Positions 1 through 9,422 of a stretch of DNA of 37,756 nucleotides are shown here, in pieces. Source of the DNA: Pseudomonadota bacterium (GTDB lineage Bacteria; UBA10199; 2-02-FULL-44-16; JAAZCA01); NCBI GenBank assembly GCA_043822785.1, contig JBDRBN010000125.1:1-37756 (forward strand), written 5' to 3'. Each line of letters opens with the position of its first letter. Positions within the stretch are counted from its first letter, which is position 1. The notes below the pieces were generated by a model. It saw only the letters and a program-made list of their open reading frames with translations, did no database searches and had not been told where the DNA came from. A program made the translations under genes and the position numbers.

Positions 1-12
1 CTCATGTCTAGG

Positions 13-98
13 TGTCATTGCGAGGAGCGTTTAGCGACGAAGCAATCTCCCGCAAACAGAGGTTATAAGGGGATTGCTTCGCTTTGCTCGCAATGACA
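13..98. repeat. Palindromic REP/RPE-like element (TGTCATTGCGAG...AAGCAATC / GATTGCTT...CTCGCAATGACA)
   Basis: Terminal inverted repeats; family repeated throughout the window. Confidence 0.9.
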
Positions 99-146
99 TC
101 CATAAAAAACAAGCAGTTCTAACGCGACAGCAGTGGAAATTGGATA

Positions 147-1130
147 TTAGATAAAATTCACCGTCTCTCTTACCAAATATATCGGTTTGCCCTGTGACTC
201 GTGATAGGTGCGTACCAAAAGCTCAGCTATGAGTCCCATGAGTATGAGCTGAATGCCAATCATAAACAGAAATACCGCCAGCAGAAGAAATGGATTTTTG
301 TGGGCAAACGTGCCGCTTACAAACTTTTCGACAATGACTTCCACAGCTGATGCCATGCCTGCCAAGCAAAGAACAGACCCAAATCCTCCAAACAGATATC
401 CAGGCTTCTTGGCATAGCTTATGAGAAATTTCACTGTTATTAGGTCCATAAGGACTTTGAAAACCCTTGTGAGACCGTATTTTGATGTGCCCTTTGTGCG
501 CGGACGATGGCCCACATCTATCTCGGCTACGCGCGCGCCTGCCATGTGAGCATATGCTGGAATAAAGCGATGCATCTCGCCATAAAGATCGATAGCATCA
601 ACATATTCAGCACGGTAGGCTTTAAGCGAGCACCCATAATCCTTGAGCCTCACACCAGTAACGCTTGAAAGTAGTTTGTTGGCTATTATGGATGGAATCC
701 TGCGAGTTATAATGTTGTCTCGCCTTTTTCTTCTCCATCCGGACACCACATCATATCCTTCATCCAATTTGTTAAGAAGGCGTGCTATGTCTGCAGGATC
801 GTTTTGGTTATCAGCATCGATAGCTATATAGATGCGTCCTTTGGCATAGGTAAAGCCAGCTGCCATGGCAGCTGTTTGACCAAAGTTTCTGGTAAAGTGT
901 ATGATTTTGACACGGCTGTCTTTCTTAGCCAGCTCATCAAGGAGACTGGCGCTTCCGTCAGTGGAGCCGTCATCTACGATTATGATCTCAAATGCCTTTC
1001 CCAGAGGCTCAAGCGATGCCAAAAGTTCATCATATAGCTGCGCAACATTATCGCCTTCGTTAAAAAAAGGCACTATTATAGAAATTTCATAAGGAGTTTC
1101 GTTCAAACCGCTAATAGTGGGATTCTTCAT
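147..1130 (-). CDS. Glycosyltransferase family 2 (ArnC/GtrB/DPM-synthase-like, polyprenyl-phosphate glycosyltransferase)
   Basis: ISIIVPFFNE, IIIVDDGSTDGS, RNFGQTAA, DADNQNDP, DVVSGWR, DYGCSLKAYR, GEMHRFIP motifs; two C-terminal TM helices. Confidence 0.92.
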   Translation of the reverse strand: MKNPTISGLNETPYEISIIVPFFNEGDNVAQLYDELLASLEPLGKAFEIIIVDDGSTDGSASLLDELAKKDSRVKIIHFTRNFGQTAAMAAGFTYAKGRIYIAIDADNQNDPADIARLLNKLDEGYDVVSGWRRKRRDNIITRRIPSIIANKLLSSVTGVRLKDYGCSLKAYRAEYVDAIDLYGEMHRFIPAYAHMAGARVAEIDVGHRPRTKGTSKYGLTRVFKVLMDLITVKFLISYAKKPGYLFGGFGSVLCLAGMASAVEVIVEKFVSGTFAHKNPFLLLAVFLFMIGIQLILMGLIAELLVRTYHESQGKPIYLVRETVNFI

Positions 1131-1211
1131 GTTTTGGATCCTCTATCTAAAAAACGATTTTATTTGCTAACATAGCGTGGTTAAGCCGTCAACAAACCCA
1201 CGTAAACCAAC

Positions 1212-1265
1212 GCGAGAAACGCTAGCAACGTTGCTGGCCTTGCTTGCTTTGCTGGCGTTGCTGGC
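1212..1265. repeat. Inverted cluster of 9-nt units (GCGAGAAAC/GCCAGCAAC family)
   Basis: gcgagaaac gctagcaac | gttgctggc cttgcttgc tttgctggc gttgctggc. Confidence 0.8.
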
Positions 1266-1333
1266 TGATTTTTGGTGGCTTGACATCATAGCCGCATGGT
1301 CTCAAAATCACGAGAAATCTACAGGGGGAAAAG

Positions 1334-2116
1334 ATGAACAAAATAAAGATCCTCATTGCATTGCTTGCAACATTCATTTTCGTGCATGCATCACAGGCAA
1401 AAACCAGCGATATAAGGATAGTGTTCTGGTATCCAGGAGAAGCAGGCTCAACCGAAGAAGCTCAACCTGTGCTTGATGCGTTCTTGGATTACCTAAGTCA
1501 AAGCATGACATCCACCTCGTTCACTGGACATTATTACAATACGGTCGAGGGTGGGCTGGACTATATAATGAAGAAAAAGCCAAAAGTAGGCATTGTGAGT
1601 TTTGCTGCCTGGATGCAAAACAGGACAAAATTGGGCAATGCAAAAGTTATGCTGGCCACACTTCCCCTGCCCAAAGGCGGTAAAACTGAGCGTTATGGCC
1701 TAATGTGCACAAGCACGTCCCAAGCTCCAGAAAGCATAATCTTTACCAGCGAGCCGCTAGAGCTGAACTATGTAAAACAAAATCTCTTTCCGGACATCTC
1801 TGTAAACGCAACTCTTGAGCAGACTGATCAGATCTTTGCGAAGATAAAGAAAATCGCTGATGGCAGCATCAAGGCATCAGCAATACTCACGCCAATGGAA
1901 ACAGCAACGCTTGAAAAGCTCGACTCTCCCTGGACCAAATCGCTGAAAATTATAGCCAGATCAAAGCCTGTACCAACAGCAAGGGTCGTGCTTTTTGACG
2001 ATGGATGGACAGGCTCTGAAAAGCTTGCCGAAATCCTACTTACCGCAAGTAAAGATCCGAAAGCTTTGGAAATACTCGAAGAGATGAGGCTGAAAGGATT
2101 TGGTAGGGCCAATTGA
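1334..2116 (+). CDS. Exported protein, possibly PhnD-like periplasmic substrate-binding fold
   Basis: Sec signal peptide (MNKIKILIALLATFIFVHASQA); LDYLS and IIARSKPVP segments resemble phosphate/phosphonate-binding proteins; family assignment tentative. Confidence 0.55.
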   Translation: MNKIKILIALLATFIFVHASQAKTSDIRIVFWYPGEAGSTEEAQPVLDAFLDYLSQSMTSTSFTGHYYNTVEGGLDYIMKKKPKVGIVSFAAWMQNRTKLGNAKVMLATLPLPKGGKTERYGLMCTSTSQAPESIIFTSEPLELNYVKQNLFPDISVNATLEQTDQIFAKIKKIADGSIKASAILTPMETATLEKLDSPWTKSLKIIARSKPVPTARVVLFDDGWTGSEKLAEILLTASKDPKALEILEEMRLKGFGRAN

Positions 2117-2121
2117 ATAGA

Positions 2122-2175
2122 GCGAGAAAGGCGAGACACGCGAGAAAGGCGAGAAATGTTGCTGGCGTTGCTTGC
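2122..2175. repeat. Inverted cluster of 9-nt units between convergent genes
   Basis: gcgagaaag gcgagacac gcgagaaag gcgagaaat | gttgctggc gttgcttgc. Confidence 0.8.
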
Positions 2176-2937
2176 TCATTGTGCTGCAGATAGCGCTGCG
2201 GCAAAAATGGCGCCGGCCACAGCCATGCCGATGAGCATGATGATGCCGCAGCAAATAAGCATCGGCAACAAGACCGCAACAGCGCTTCGACTATAGGTTG
2301 TCTTATGAACCACCTTGATGCCTATGACCGTGAGCACAACCTGCCAAACCCAAGCCACCATACCACCTAACAGAGGAATGATCTGAAAGAGCTGCGGTCC
2401 AACCGCATAGCAAACAACGCGAAACGTAGACATAAAGTCGCGCCTGACAGCTCCTAGGAGCATGAGACAAAGGTGATAAATGCCTGCCTGAACCAGAAGC
2501 GCTAAAGTCGTGCCAACAGGCACACCAACTATTGCAAACATAATGAGGAAGAACACAGAGAACGGAACTGACATAAGCGCAAATGGACTTGCAAACTCAG
2601 CAGCAAACTCAGTACTCGCAGCAAGCATTTGAAAGCCTAGCTGGTATGCAGCTGCTATCAAAAACACTATTGCAGATATGATGAGCGCAAATATCCAAGG
2701 CCTTAGCCACCCACAGCCTGCCGCCACCCCTTCAAAGTGCCTTATTGGGTCAGCTATGGACATCTTGATGACTGCGATAAACGCGTCCAGCCACCTCCCC
2801 TGCTTCTCTATATCCCATGCTGTGCCTTCGGTCGGCAGCACCTTCACCTTAACCTGGGTGTTACACAATGGGCACATGACAAGGCCTGAATGATGGGCTT
2901 GAAATTCTTTGTTACACTGAGGGCATCTGAAAATCAC
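2176..2937 (-). CDS. YIP1-family membrane protein with N-terminal zinc ribbon
   Basis: CPQC...CPLC N-terminus, several TM helices, STFRVVCYA and IPLLG motifs typical of bacterial Yip1 proteins. Confidence 0.8.
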   Translation of the reverse strand: MIFRCPQCNKEFQAHHSGLVMCPLCNTQVKVKVLPTEGTAWDIEKQGRWLDAFIAVIKMSIADPIRHFEGVAAGCGWLRPWIFALIISAIVFLIAAAYQLGFQMLAASTEFAAEFASPFALMSVPFSVFFLIMFAIVGVPVGTTLALLVQAGIYHLCLMLLGAVRRDFMSTFRVVCYAVGPQLFQIIPLLGGMVAWVWQVVLTVIGIKVVHKTTYSRSAVAVLLPMLICCGIIMLIGMAVAGAIFAAALSAAQ

Positions 2938-3018
2938 AAAACCTCCTTTCGCGCCTTGCAGGGCAAGCTAACACATGTTAATGACAAGAGCAAACGACTC
3001 GCTTAGCTCGTCGTTAGC

Positions 3019-3099
3019 AGCAAGACAGGCGAGACCAGCGAGATCGGCGAGAAAGGTAGAACCGGTCTCGCTTTTCTCGCCTGTCTCGCCTTTCTCGCG
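3019..3099. repeat. Inverted cluster of 9-nt units upstream of prmA
   Basis: gcgagacca gcgagatcg gcgagaaag ... ggtctcgc ttttctcgc ctgtctcgc ctttctcgc. Confidence 0.8.
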
Positions 3100-3156
3100 C
3101 TACCACAGATTTGGAGTACATATACAGACCAATTACTCAGCTTAACAAAATTAATT

Positions 3157-4080
3157 ATGCCGATTAAGAATACATACCGAGCTGTGATCGAGGTGGATTC
3201 GCAAGCGCTTGAGATAGCCACATATGCGCTTTTTGAGCTGGGCTCGCTTGGATCCATCGAAGAGGATTGCGAGACAAAGGGCAAGATTCGCCTCATCGCC
3301 TTTTTTAACTCTAATCAATATAAAAAACCCGAATTGCGCGACATTATCTGCGCTTCGTTTACACGCTTTCCTGAGCTTAGTAACGCCTGCGTTGAAGTTG
3401 CACTCGAGCCTGCAAAAGACTGGAACGCAAAGTGGCGTGAGCATTTCAAACCCTTTCCGATTGCCAAAGGCGTTGTGGTGGTGCCTAGCTGGGAGAAATA
3501 TGTAAAAAAGCCTGATGAGGTCGTAATAAGCTTAGATCCGGGTATGGCATTCGGCACAGGCCTTCATGAGACCACGCGTCTGTGTGCCCAAGCTCTGCTT
3601 AGTGCAATAAATTATAGACCCACGACGCACCTTTCTCTCCTTGACGTGGGAACTGGAAGCGGCATCCTTTCAATTATCGCTAATAAGCTGAATATCCAAA
3701 ACCTCATAGCTGTGGATAATGATCCTGACGCATTAAGAATTGCTCGCAAAAATCTAGAAATAAACGGCTGCTCTGGCACTACGATTCTAGATAACCTCAA
3801 TGAGGTTTCGGGAAACTTCGATATCGTCATCGCAAATATTTTACTCTCCACACTCATAGCCCTTAAAGGAGCTTTGACTACTCGTGTTGCACAAGGCGGC
3901 ATTCTCATCCTGTCTGGAATCACACTTGATCAGGAACAAGAAATTTTTGATGCATACTCCGATGCTTTTGACATAGTGGATACACAAAGAAAGGGAGAAT
4001 GGAGTTGTATTCAGATGGAAAAAGCCAGCAACCCTTCGACTTCGCTCAGGGCAGGCGCAAGCAAGGCCAGCAAGGTATAA
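3157..4080 (+). CDS. prmA: Ribosomal protein L11 methyltransferase
   Basis: DWNAKWREHFKP, LDPGMAFGTGLHETT, LLDVGTGSGILS, DIVIANIL, LILSGI; adjacent to rsmE. Confidence 0.95.
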   Translation: MPIKNTYRAVIEVDSQALEIATYALFELGSLGSIEEDCETKGKIRLIAFFNSNQYKKPELRDIICASFTRFPELSNACVEVALEPAKDWNAKWREHFKPFPIAKGVVVVPSWEKYVKKPDEVVISLDPGMAFGTGLHETTRLCAQALLSAINYRPTTHLSLLDVGTGSGILSIIANKLNIQNLIAVDNDPDALRIARKNLEINGCSGTTILDNLNEVSGNFDIVIANILLSTLIALKGALTTRVAQGGILILSGITLDQEQEIFDAYSDAFDIVDTQRKGEWSCIQMEKASNPSTSLRAGASKASKV

Positions 4081-4087
4081 AAATAAT

Positions 4088-4861
4088 ATGCCTCAATTTT
4101 TTGTAAATCAGGAGCTAGAGACGGGATTGACTATTGAGATACGCGGCAGCGATGCGCACCACATCTCAGATGTGTTAAGGCTTAAGCCAGGCGATTGGCT
4201 CATCCTATCTGATAGCTCAGGCAGATCATTTCGCACCACCATCCTAAATTCCGAAGGCCGCAGCATAAAGTTATCTGTCGAAGCCCTGGTCGAACGCCGC
4301 GAGGGTTTAGAACCCCCTGCCCTTGCCATTGCCTCGATAAGAAGCAATGAGTTGGCATGGGCAATACAAAAATGCGTGGAACTCGGATGTCGCCACATCA
4401 TTCCGTTCAATTCAGCCAGGACCGTTAGAAAAATCCATCATGGGGATTTAAGCCGCAAGCTCACGCGTCTTTGCAAAATCGCTGTGGAAGCAGCAAAGCA
4501 GTCCGGACTTCCATTAAAGCCTTGCGTGGATACGCCTGTAGAGTTTGGTGAGCTATGCAATATGTTTTCTGACTTCAGCCCAACCATCCTCTTGTATGAA
4601 GGCGAACAAAAATGCGATCTGCGCTCGGTGTGGAAGGAGTACAGATTGAATGATGAGGCTTCAAAGGAAGGATTGATCGTTATCGGACCTGAAGGAGGCT
4701 TTACCCAAGATGAGCTCAGAGTGGCACTCTCGCACGGCGCCATCCCAGCAAGCTTAGGCACACAGATACTCCGCGCCGAAACCGCTGCAGTGGCTGCCAT
4801 GGCCATATGCCAATACGAGCTGGGCAACATGGATATTAATAAACTAGAAGCTAAAGGATGA
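4088..4861 (+). CDS. rsmE: 16S rRNA m3U1498 methyltransferase
   Basis: HHISDVLR, QKCVELG, EAAKQSG, IGPEGGF, SLGTQILRAETA. Confidence 0.95.
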   Translation: MPQFFVNQELETGLTIEIRGSDAHHISDVLRLKPGDWLILSDSSGRSFRTTILNSEGRSIKLSVEALVERREGLEPPALAIASIRSNELAWAIQKCVELGCRHIIPFNSARTVRKIHHGDLSRKLTRLCKIAVEAAKQSGLPLKPCVDTPVEFGELCNMFSDFSPTILLYEGEQKCDLRSVWKEYRLNDEASKEGLIVIGPEGGFTQDELRVALSHGAIPASLGTQILRAETAAVAAMAICQYELGNMDINKLEAKG

Positions 4862-5670
4862 TGTATCATATGGAACCTGTTGATATTAAACGATTTAAAG
4901 ACGTATCCATTCATCCTAGGCTGCCCCGCATTATCGCACATCGCGGAGCAAGTCTCGAAGCACCAGAAAACACCTTGCCAGCGTTTCAAAGGGCGCTGGA
5001 TCTTGGTGCAGACGGCATTGAGTTCGACGTGCTGCTCACCAGCGACAAGGTGCCTGTGGTCACCCACAACGACGACCTGTCAATTCTTACGCATTTTAAC
5101 GGTTATGTGCATTCAACACCTTTTGAAACAGTGCGCGCCCTTGATGTAGGCAGCCATTTCCATACATCAACAGCTGGCATCACCATGCCCACCATGGTTG
5201 AGGTTTTAGAGCTCATGTCGCGCCACGACGTTCTCACTATCGTAGAGATAAAAGCCCAAGCCGGCATGAAGAAAAGCGCAGCAGAGCTCATAGGTGGGAT
5301 AATATCCGACATAAGGATGCACGGCCCAATCGTGATATCCTCCTCCAGCTTCAAGATAATAAAGGAACTCAAACACCGCTTTCCCACGATACCGCGCGCC
5401 CTCATTGTAAAGAGAACACCTTTTCCCTTTTTCCCGCTTTCTATTTTTGCTAAACATGAACAAGTGTGTGCTCTGCACGTATACATGAAAGCGCTTTGGC
5501 CTAGCCTTGTAAAAAAGATGAAGAAGCTGGGTGAGGTCTATGCATGGACTGTAAACGAGCCAGATGAATTTGACACTTGCTTGTCACTTGAAATTGACGG
5601 CATCATCACCGATGATGTTGCGTTTGCAAAAAAACACTTACAAGGCATAAGCGCAGCCTTAACAGTTTAG
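4858..5670 (+). CDS. Glycerophosphodiester phosphodiesterase (GDPD/UgpQ-like)
   Basis: IIAHRGAS..APENTLPAF, GADGIEFDV, VEIK, AWTVN, DGIITD; stop codon lies inside a MITE-like element. Confidence 0.92.
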   Translation: MMYHMEPVDIKRFKDVSIHPRLPRIIAHRGASLEAPENTLPAFQRALDLGADGIEFDVLLTSDKVPVVTHNDDLSILTHFNGYVHSTPFETVRALDVGSHFHTSTAGITMPTMVEVLELMSRHDVLTIVEIKAQAGMKKSAAELIGGIISDIRMHGPIVISSSSFKIIKELKHRFPTIPRALIVKRTPFPFFPLSIFAKHEQVCALHVYMKALWPSLVKKMKKLGEVYAWTVNEPDEFDTCLSLEIDGIITDDVAFAKKHLQGISAALTV

Positions 5671-5846
5671 GTGTTTGAATAATGTTCATATCTTACAGCC
5701 AGTGTTGTCATTGCGAGGGAAGAATGACCGAAGCAATCCCATGCAAACACAGGTTTAACGGGGATTGCTTCGTCGCCCGCCAACGATCTTTGGCGGACTC
5801 CTCGCAATGACAGGTGAGTCAAAGGTTCAAACACCTAAACTGTTAA
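5659..5846. mobile_element. MITE-like element with 21-bp perfect TIRs enclosing a palindromic core (5706-5812)
   Basis: TTAACAGTTTAGGTGTTTGAA / TTCAAACACCTAAACTGTTAA; flanking direct repeat GCGCAGCC. Confidence 0.85.
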
Positions 5847-5867
5847 GCGCAGCCGCAAGGAGCTGAT

Positions 5868-7433
5868 ATGGCAAGCGACGAAAATAAATTCAACGGTACA
5901 GATCTCATCGACGTGGGCGAAATACCCACTGATTTCGACGAAGACTTAACCAGGGAAAAAGGCGCTGAGATCAGCGAACGCCATCCTGCTTATGAGCCTC
6001 GTGCAGCAGCAGGCGGAATGCTCATAGCTGATGTCAAAGACCGTTTCGCAGCCCTGTTTATCGATCTTGCACTGCTTTACTGCATATACTGGTTTCTCCT
6101 GCTGCCATATCGCGCCATCGCCTTTGGAAGCGCTGCTGGTCCTATTCCAGCATGGGGCAAAAGCGGGCTTATCTTCAACGGCATCTTCCTTTTAGTAGCT
6201 TTTCTATGGTTTACGCTTCAGGAGTTCGCTTTTTCAGCCAGCATAGGTAAGTTTCTCTGCCATCTGACTGTTCGAAAACTCGATGGCTCTCCTGCTTCCC
6301 TAGCATCTGCTGCTCTTAGGACCATATTGCTTCCCATCGATATAGTTTTATCACCCATACTCATACCTCTAGCATGCATGGAGTGGTCTGCGTGGCACAG
6401 AAGGCTGGGCGATCTTGTGGGCGGAACCGTGGTCATAAGAAAGCTTGGTCGGCCATCCAGGCAATATGCACTTTCGCTCGATATCGTTTCAAGCGCGACC
6501 AGGCGCGCCATAGCTTTTATCTTTGACTTGGCACTCATACTGGCTTTTTCATTTGGATACGCACTTATGCTCTCACCAGATCAGCCGCTGGTAAGCATGA
6601 TCATGGTAGTGTTATTCCCGCTTCTTCTCTTGGCTTTTATCACTTTGCCAGAATGGCTAACGTATACATCGCCTGGCAAATGGATTTTTGGGCTCACCAT
6701 CTGTCATGAGGATGGAAGCAGCATAGACCTTTCCACGGCACTCATCAGAAACCTCTGGCGCATCTTTGATTGCAACCCCATAGGCTTTCTCACCTGCATG
6801 TTTGCTGTGCGCAAACAGCGGCCAGGCGATACTGCAGCTGGTTCGCTTGTAATTGCAGTGTCCCGCGAATGGAGGGGACTAATTGGACTAGTATGCGTTG
6901 TCATAGTTTCTGCAGCTGTGCTCTACGCAGGCTCGAGCAACAGAACCAATCTTTTAAAGAGCGATTTTGAAATCAACTTCCTGCCGTCTCTGGACGTAAA
7001 AACTACAAGCCAAAAATTAGAACAAGTGCGCATGAGGAATTTAGGGATCAGAAATTTTATTTTTGCAGCAGAAAGCCCTGATTCTGAGCGCAAACCAGCT
7101 ATTTTACAGCCAGGCGAGATGCTATATATGGTTTTTGATGTGGGTGGCTTTACATTAAAGGACGGCAAGGCATGGGTTCAGGAGGATCTTAATATTAGTT
7201 ATCCAGATGGATCTGTAGGCCTGAAGTTACAAAACATAAATGACTTCAATCAAAAACTTAGCGAACAGGGCCCTATTCGATTTGAAAACAACATCTCGCT
7301 GCCTGACAAGGCACAGCCAGGCCGCTACACGGTAACCATAACTTTGCGGGATAAACTCTCACGCCGGGAAATTAAGGAACAGCGGTTCTTCTATATAACT
7401 CCTGCTGAGACGGGTGCACCGGTAGTAGAATGA
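5868..7433 (+). CDS. Membrane protein with two RDD domains plus a C-terminal beta-rich soluble domain
   Basis: RFAALFID...SIGK...RRLGDLVGGT and RRAIAFIFD...SPGK...QRPGDTAAGS; C-terminal PGRYTVTITLRD; AAGGAG RBS. Confidence 0.85.
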   Translation: MASDENKFNGTDLIDVGEIPTDFDEDLTREKGAEISERHPAYEPRAAAGGMLIADVKDRFAALFIDLALLYCIYWFLLLPYRAIAFGSAAGPIPAWGKSGLIFNGIFLLVAFLWFTLQEFAFSASIGKFLCHLTVRKLDGSPASLASAALRTILLPIDIVLSPILIPLACMEWSAWHRRLGDLVGGTVVIRKLGRPSRQYALSLDIVSSATRRAIAFIFDLALILAFSFGYALMLSPDQPLVSMIMVVLFPLLLLAFITLPEWLTYTSPGKWIFGLTICHEDGSSIDLSTALIRNLWRIFDCNPIGFLTCMFAVRKQRPGDTAAGSLVIAVSREWRGLIGLVCVVIVSAAVLYAGSSNRTNLLKSDFEINFLPSLDVKTTSQKLEQVRMRNLGIRNFIFAAESPDSERKPAILQPGEMLYMVFDVGGFTLKDGKAWVQEDLNISYPDGSVGLKLQNINDFNQKLSEQGPIRFENNISLPDKAQPGRYTVTITLRDKLSRREIKEQRFFYITPAETGAPVVE

Positions 7434-7440
7434 AATGCCT

Positions 7441-7512
7441 GCCAGCAAAGCCAGCAACGCGAGAAACGCCAGCAACGATTCTCATCTTTCTCGTGTGTCT
7501 CGCTTTTCTCGC
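7441..7512. repeat. Inverted cluster of 9-nt units after the RDD gene
   Basis: gccagcaaa gccagcaac gcgagaaac gccagcaac | ctttctcgt gtgtctcgc ttttctcgc. Confidence 0.8.
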
Positions 7513-7577
7513 ATTTTCAAGTAGTTAAGCCTTAATTATGCTCAATTTGCCTTTTTTCATGATAAAATGAATTTGGG

Positions 7578-7606
7578 GCAACTTTTGCCCCCCTTGCTGC
7601 CGATAA
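7578..7606 (+). promoter_or_regulatory. Sigma28-like promoter of the lytic transglycosylase gene
   Basis: GCAACTTT-N13-GCCGATAA; perfect -10 box, spacing longer than canonical. Confidence 0.45.
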
Positions 7607-7623
7607 TATCTGTGGATACTCTT

Positions 7624-8355
7624 ATGAACGAAAACGCTAGAACAAGCAGAATTATTGAACGTTTCTCAAGCTTTGTGGAGCAGAAAAAGGCCGGTAAAAA
7701 GGCTGGTTCCGAAGAAGCAGAGGCTTTTAAGAAGCGTTTGTCCGAGATGTCATCCTCTTCCAAAGAAGAAGGTATAGTTGCCAAACGTCGGGGCAGCAGG
7801 CGTCATCAACCACCTAAGATCACAGAGTTAACAGAGCGTGCAGCATCTCCGCAAAAACGTCATACTCAAAAATTTGCAAGATCTCGCAACTTATCAATGA
7901 CTCATGCACAACGCCTTGCCAAATTTGCACCGCTCATCGAAAGCGCTGCCCGTCGCCACAAAGTGCCAGTCGAGCTCATCTGTGGAGTGATTCTTCAGGA
8001 ATCAGGTGGAAATCCCAGGGCCAAGTCTCACTGTGGCGCACGCGGCCTCATGCAACTTATGCCAGCCACAGCCAGGCGCTTTGGAGTTAACAATTCCTAC
8101 AACCCTGCCCAGAACATCGAGGGTGGCACTAAATATCTACGCTGGCTTCTTGATCGCTTTGACGGAAAAGTCGAATTGGCGCTGGCTGGATATAATGCTG
8201 GTGAAGGCGCTGTAGAAAAATATGGCAACAAGATACCGCCCTATAAAGAGACCCAAAACTATGTGCCTGCAGTACTCAGCTACACACAATCAATCATCGA
8301 GGTTTTTTCAATAAAATTAGCTTCAAATATGCCTGATTACGCCCGCAAAGTTTAA
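7624..8355 (+). CDS. Lytic transglycosylase (SLT domain)
   Basis: ILQESGGNP, GARGLMQLMPATA, NIEGGTKYL, ALAGYNAGEG, PPYKETQNYV; start moved from 7567 to ATG 7624 because a GCCGATAA promoter box lies between them. Confidence 0.9.
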   Translation: MNENARTSRIIERFSSFVEQKKAGKKAGSEEAEAFKKRLSEMSSSSKEEGIVAKRRGSRRHQPPKITELTERAASPQKRHTQKFARSRNLSMTHAQRLAKFAPLIESAARRHKVPVELICGVILQESGGNPRAKSHCGARGLMQLMPATARRFGVNNSYNPAQNIEGGTKYLRWLLDRFDGKVELALAGYNAGEGAVEKYGNKIPPYKETQNYVPAVLSYTQSIIEVFSIKLASNMPDYARKV

Positions 8356-8381
8356 CTTTTTCTTTAAATCAATTTCATCAA

Positions 8382-9353
8382 TCACTTTACTGCCAACGTC
8401 ACCTCCAATGGATGACGCCCAGCTTCAACTGGTATTAACAGATCGATATCAACATAGGAATTCGGCTTCTGGTCCGTTCGCACACGAACCCAAACATGAC
8501 CTGCTCCATAAAGTAGCGACGTTTGGTAGCCTCGTCTCGCAAGAAATCCCGACACCAGAAGAGACCAATCTTCACAATCTCCTCCCAACCGCAATGTTTG
8601 TGTTGGTGAGAGGATGTAAGCCGTGCCAAACCAGCTACCCACGATCGCCGGCGGATCCTCGAGTACCAATTTCCTGCTGAAATTGACCCATTTTAAAAGT
8701 CTTTTAACCTCCGCATTCACATCGGATACTGGATAAGGCGCTGCCTTGTCCAACAATTGGTCGATGACCGGGTCAAAGGCATGTTTCTCGGCAAGTCGTG
8801 CCAATGGCTCTAAATCTAGACTGTCGACAATCTCCCCGACCAAGCATTGATCGTCCACGACAGTGGAGAGCTGCTTTCTTCCACTGCTTGACTCGATGTC
8901 AAAGACAAGTTCAACCTTCTGATCACCCTTGCGCAGCGGGCACATCGTGGGGGCGACAACTTCCAGTTCAATCTCGTACTTATGTCCGGAGTGCCGCGCG
9001 CTTAGCAATTTTACACCTGGGGTCGGCGATTTGACAGATACAAAACTACCCGATTTTGAATCCAAATCCGCAGTCACCTTCAAACGCCACTTTGCGCGGC
9101 GCGATGCGATCTTAAGTGGTTCTGCCTGATGAACCCGGACCGTCATCGTCTTGCTCCTCACATTCCAGTCAAACAAGGGATTTCTGCTGGCTCTTAAATT
9201 CGGAATTTTCAGGGTGCGGCCTTGATGCGACGTCTGATGGGTTCTGTCGAGTAGGGTGTCGTAAGAGCTGTTTGGAGACTTCACTTGAGGTAAACAACCC
9301 AGTAAGCCTATCCCGACACCAAAAATCATCGATGGGGCAGTAATCCTGATCAT
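8382..9353 (-). CDS. Putative lipoprotein with C-terminal transglutaminase-like cysteine protease domain
   Basis: Lipobox-like LLGC at residue 20; SPTQTL..GGDCEDWS, GHVWV and YVDID form a Cys-His-Asp triad pattern. Confidence 0.75.
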   Translation of the reverse strand: MIRITAPSMIFGVGIGLLGCLPQVKSPNSSYDTLLDRTHQTSHQGRTLKIPNLRASRNPLFDWNVRSKTMTVRVHQAEPLKIASRRAKWRLKVTADLDSKSGSFVSVKSPTPGVKLLSARHSGHKYEIELEVVAPTMCPLRKGDQKVELVFDIESSSGRKQLSTVVDDQCLVGEIVDSLDLEPLARLAEKHAFDPVIDQLLDKAAPYPVSDVNAEVKRLLKWVNFSRKLVLEDPPAIVGSWFGTAYILSPTQTLRLGGDCEDWSLLVSGFLARRGYQTSLLYGAGHVWVRVRTDQKPNSYVDIDLLIPVEAGRHPLEVTLAVK

Positions 9354-9395
9354 TCATCCTCTTTTTCCATCCCCCGACTGTTATTCTTGTTTAAA

Positions 9396-9422
9396 TTATC
9401 GGCCAAATTTGGAAGAAGTTGT
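9396..9422 (-). promoter_or_regulatory. Sigma28 (FliA/WhiG)-like promoter of the transglutaminase-like lipoprotein gene
   Basis: Minus strand ACAACTTC-N11-GCCGATAA versus consensus TAAAGTTT-N11-GCCGATAA. Confidence 0.6.
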
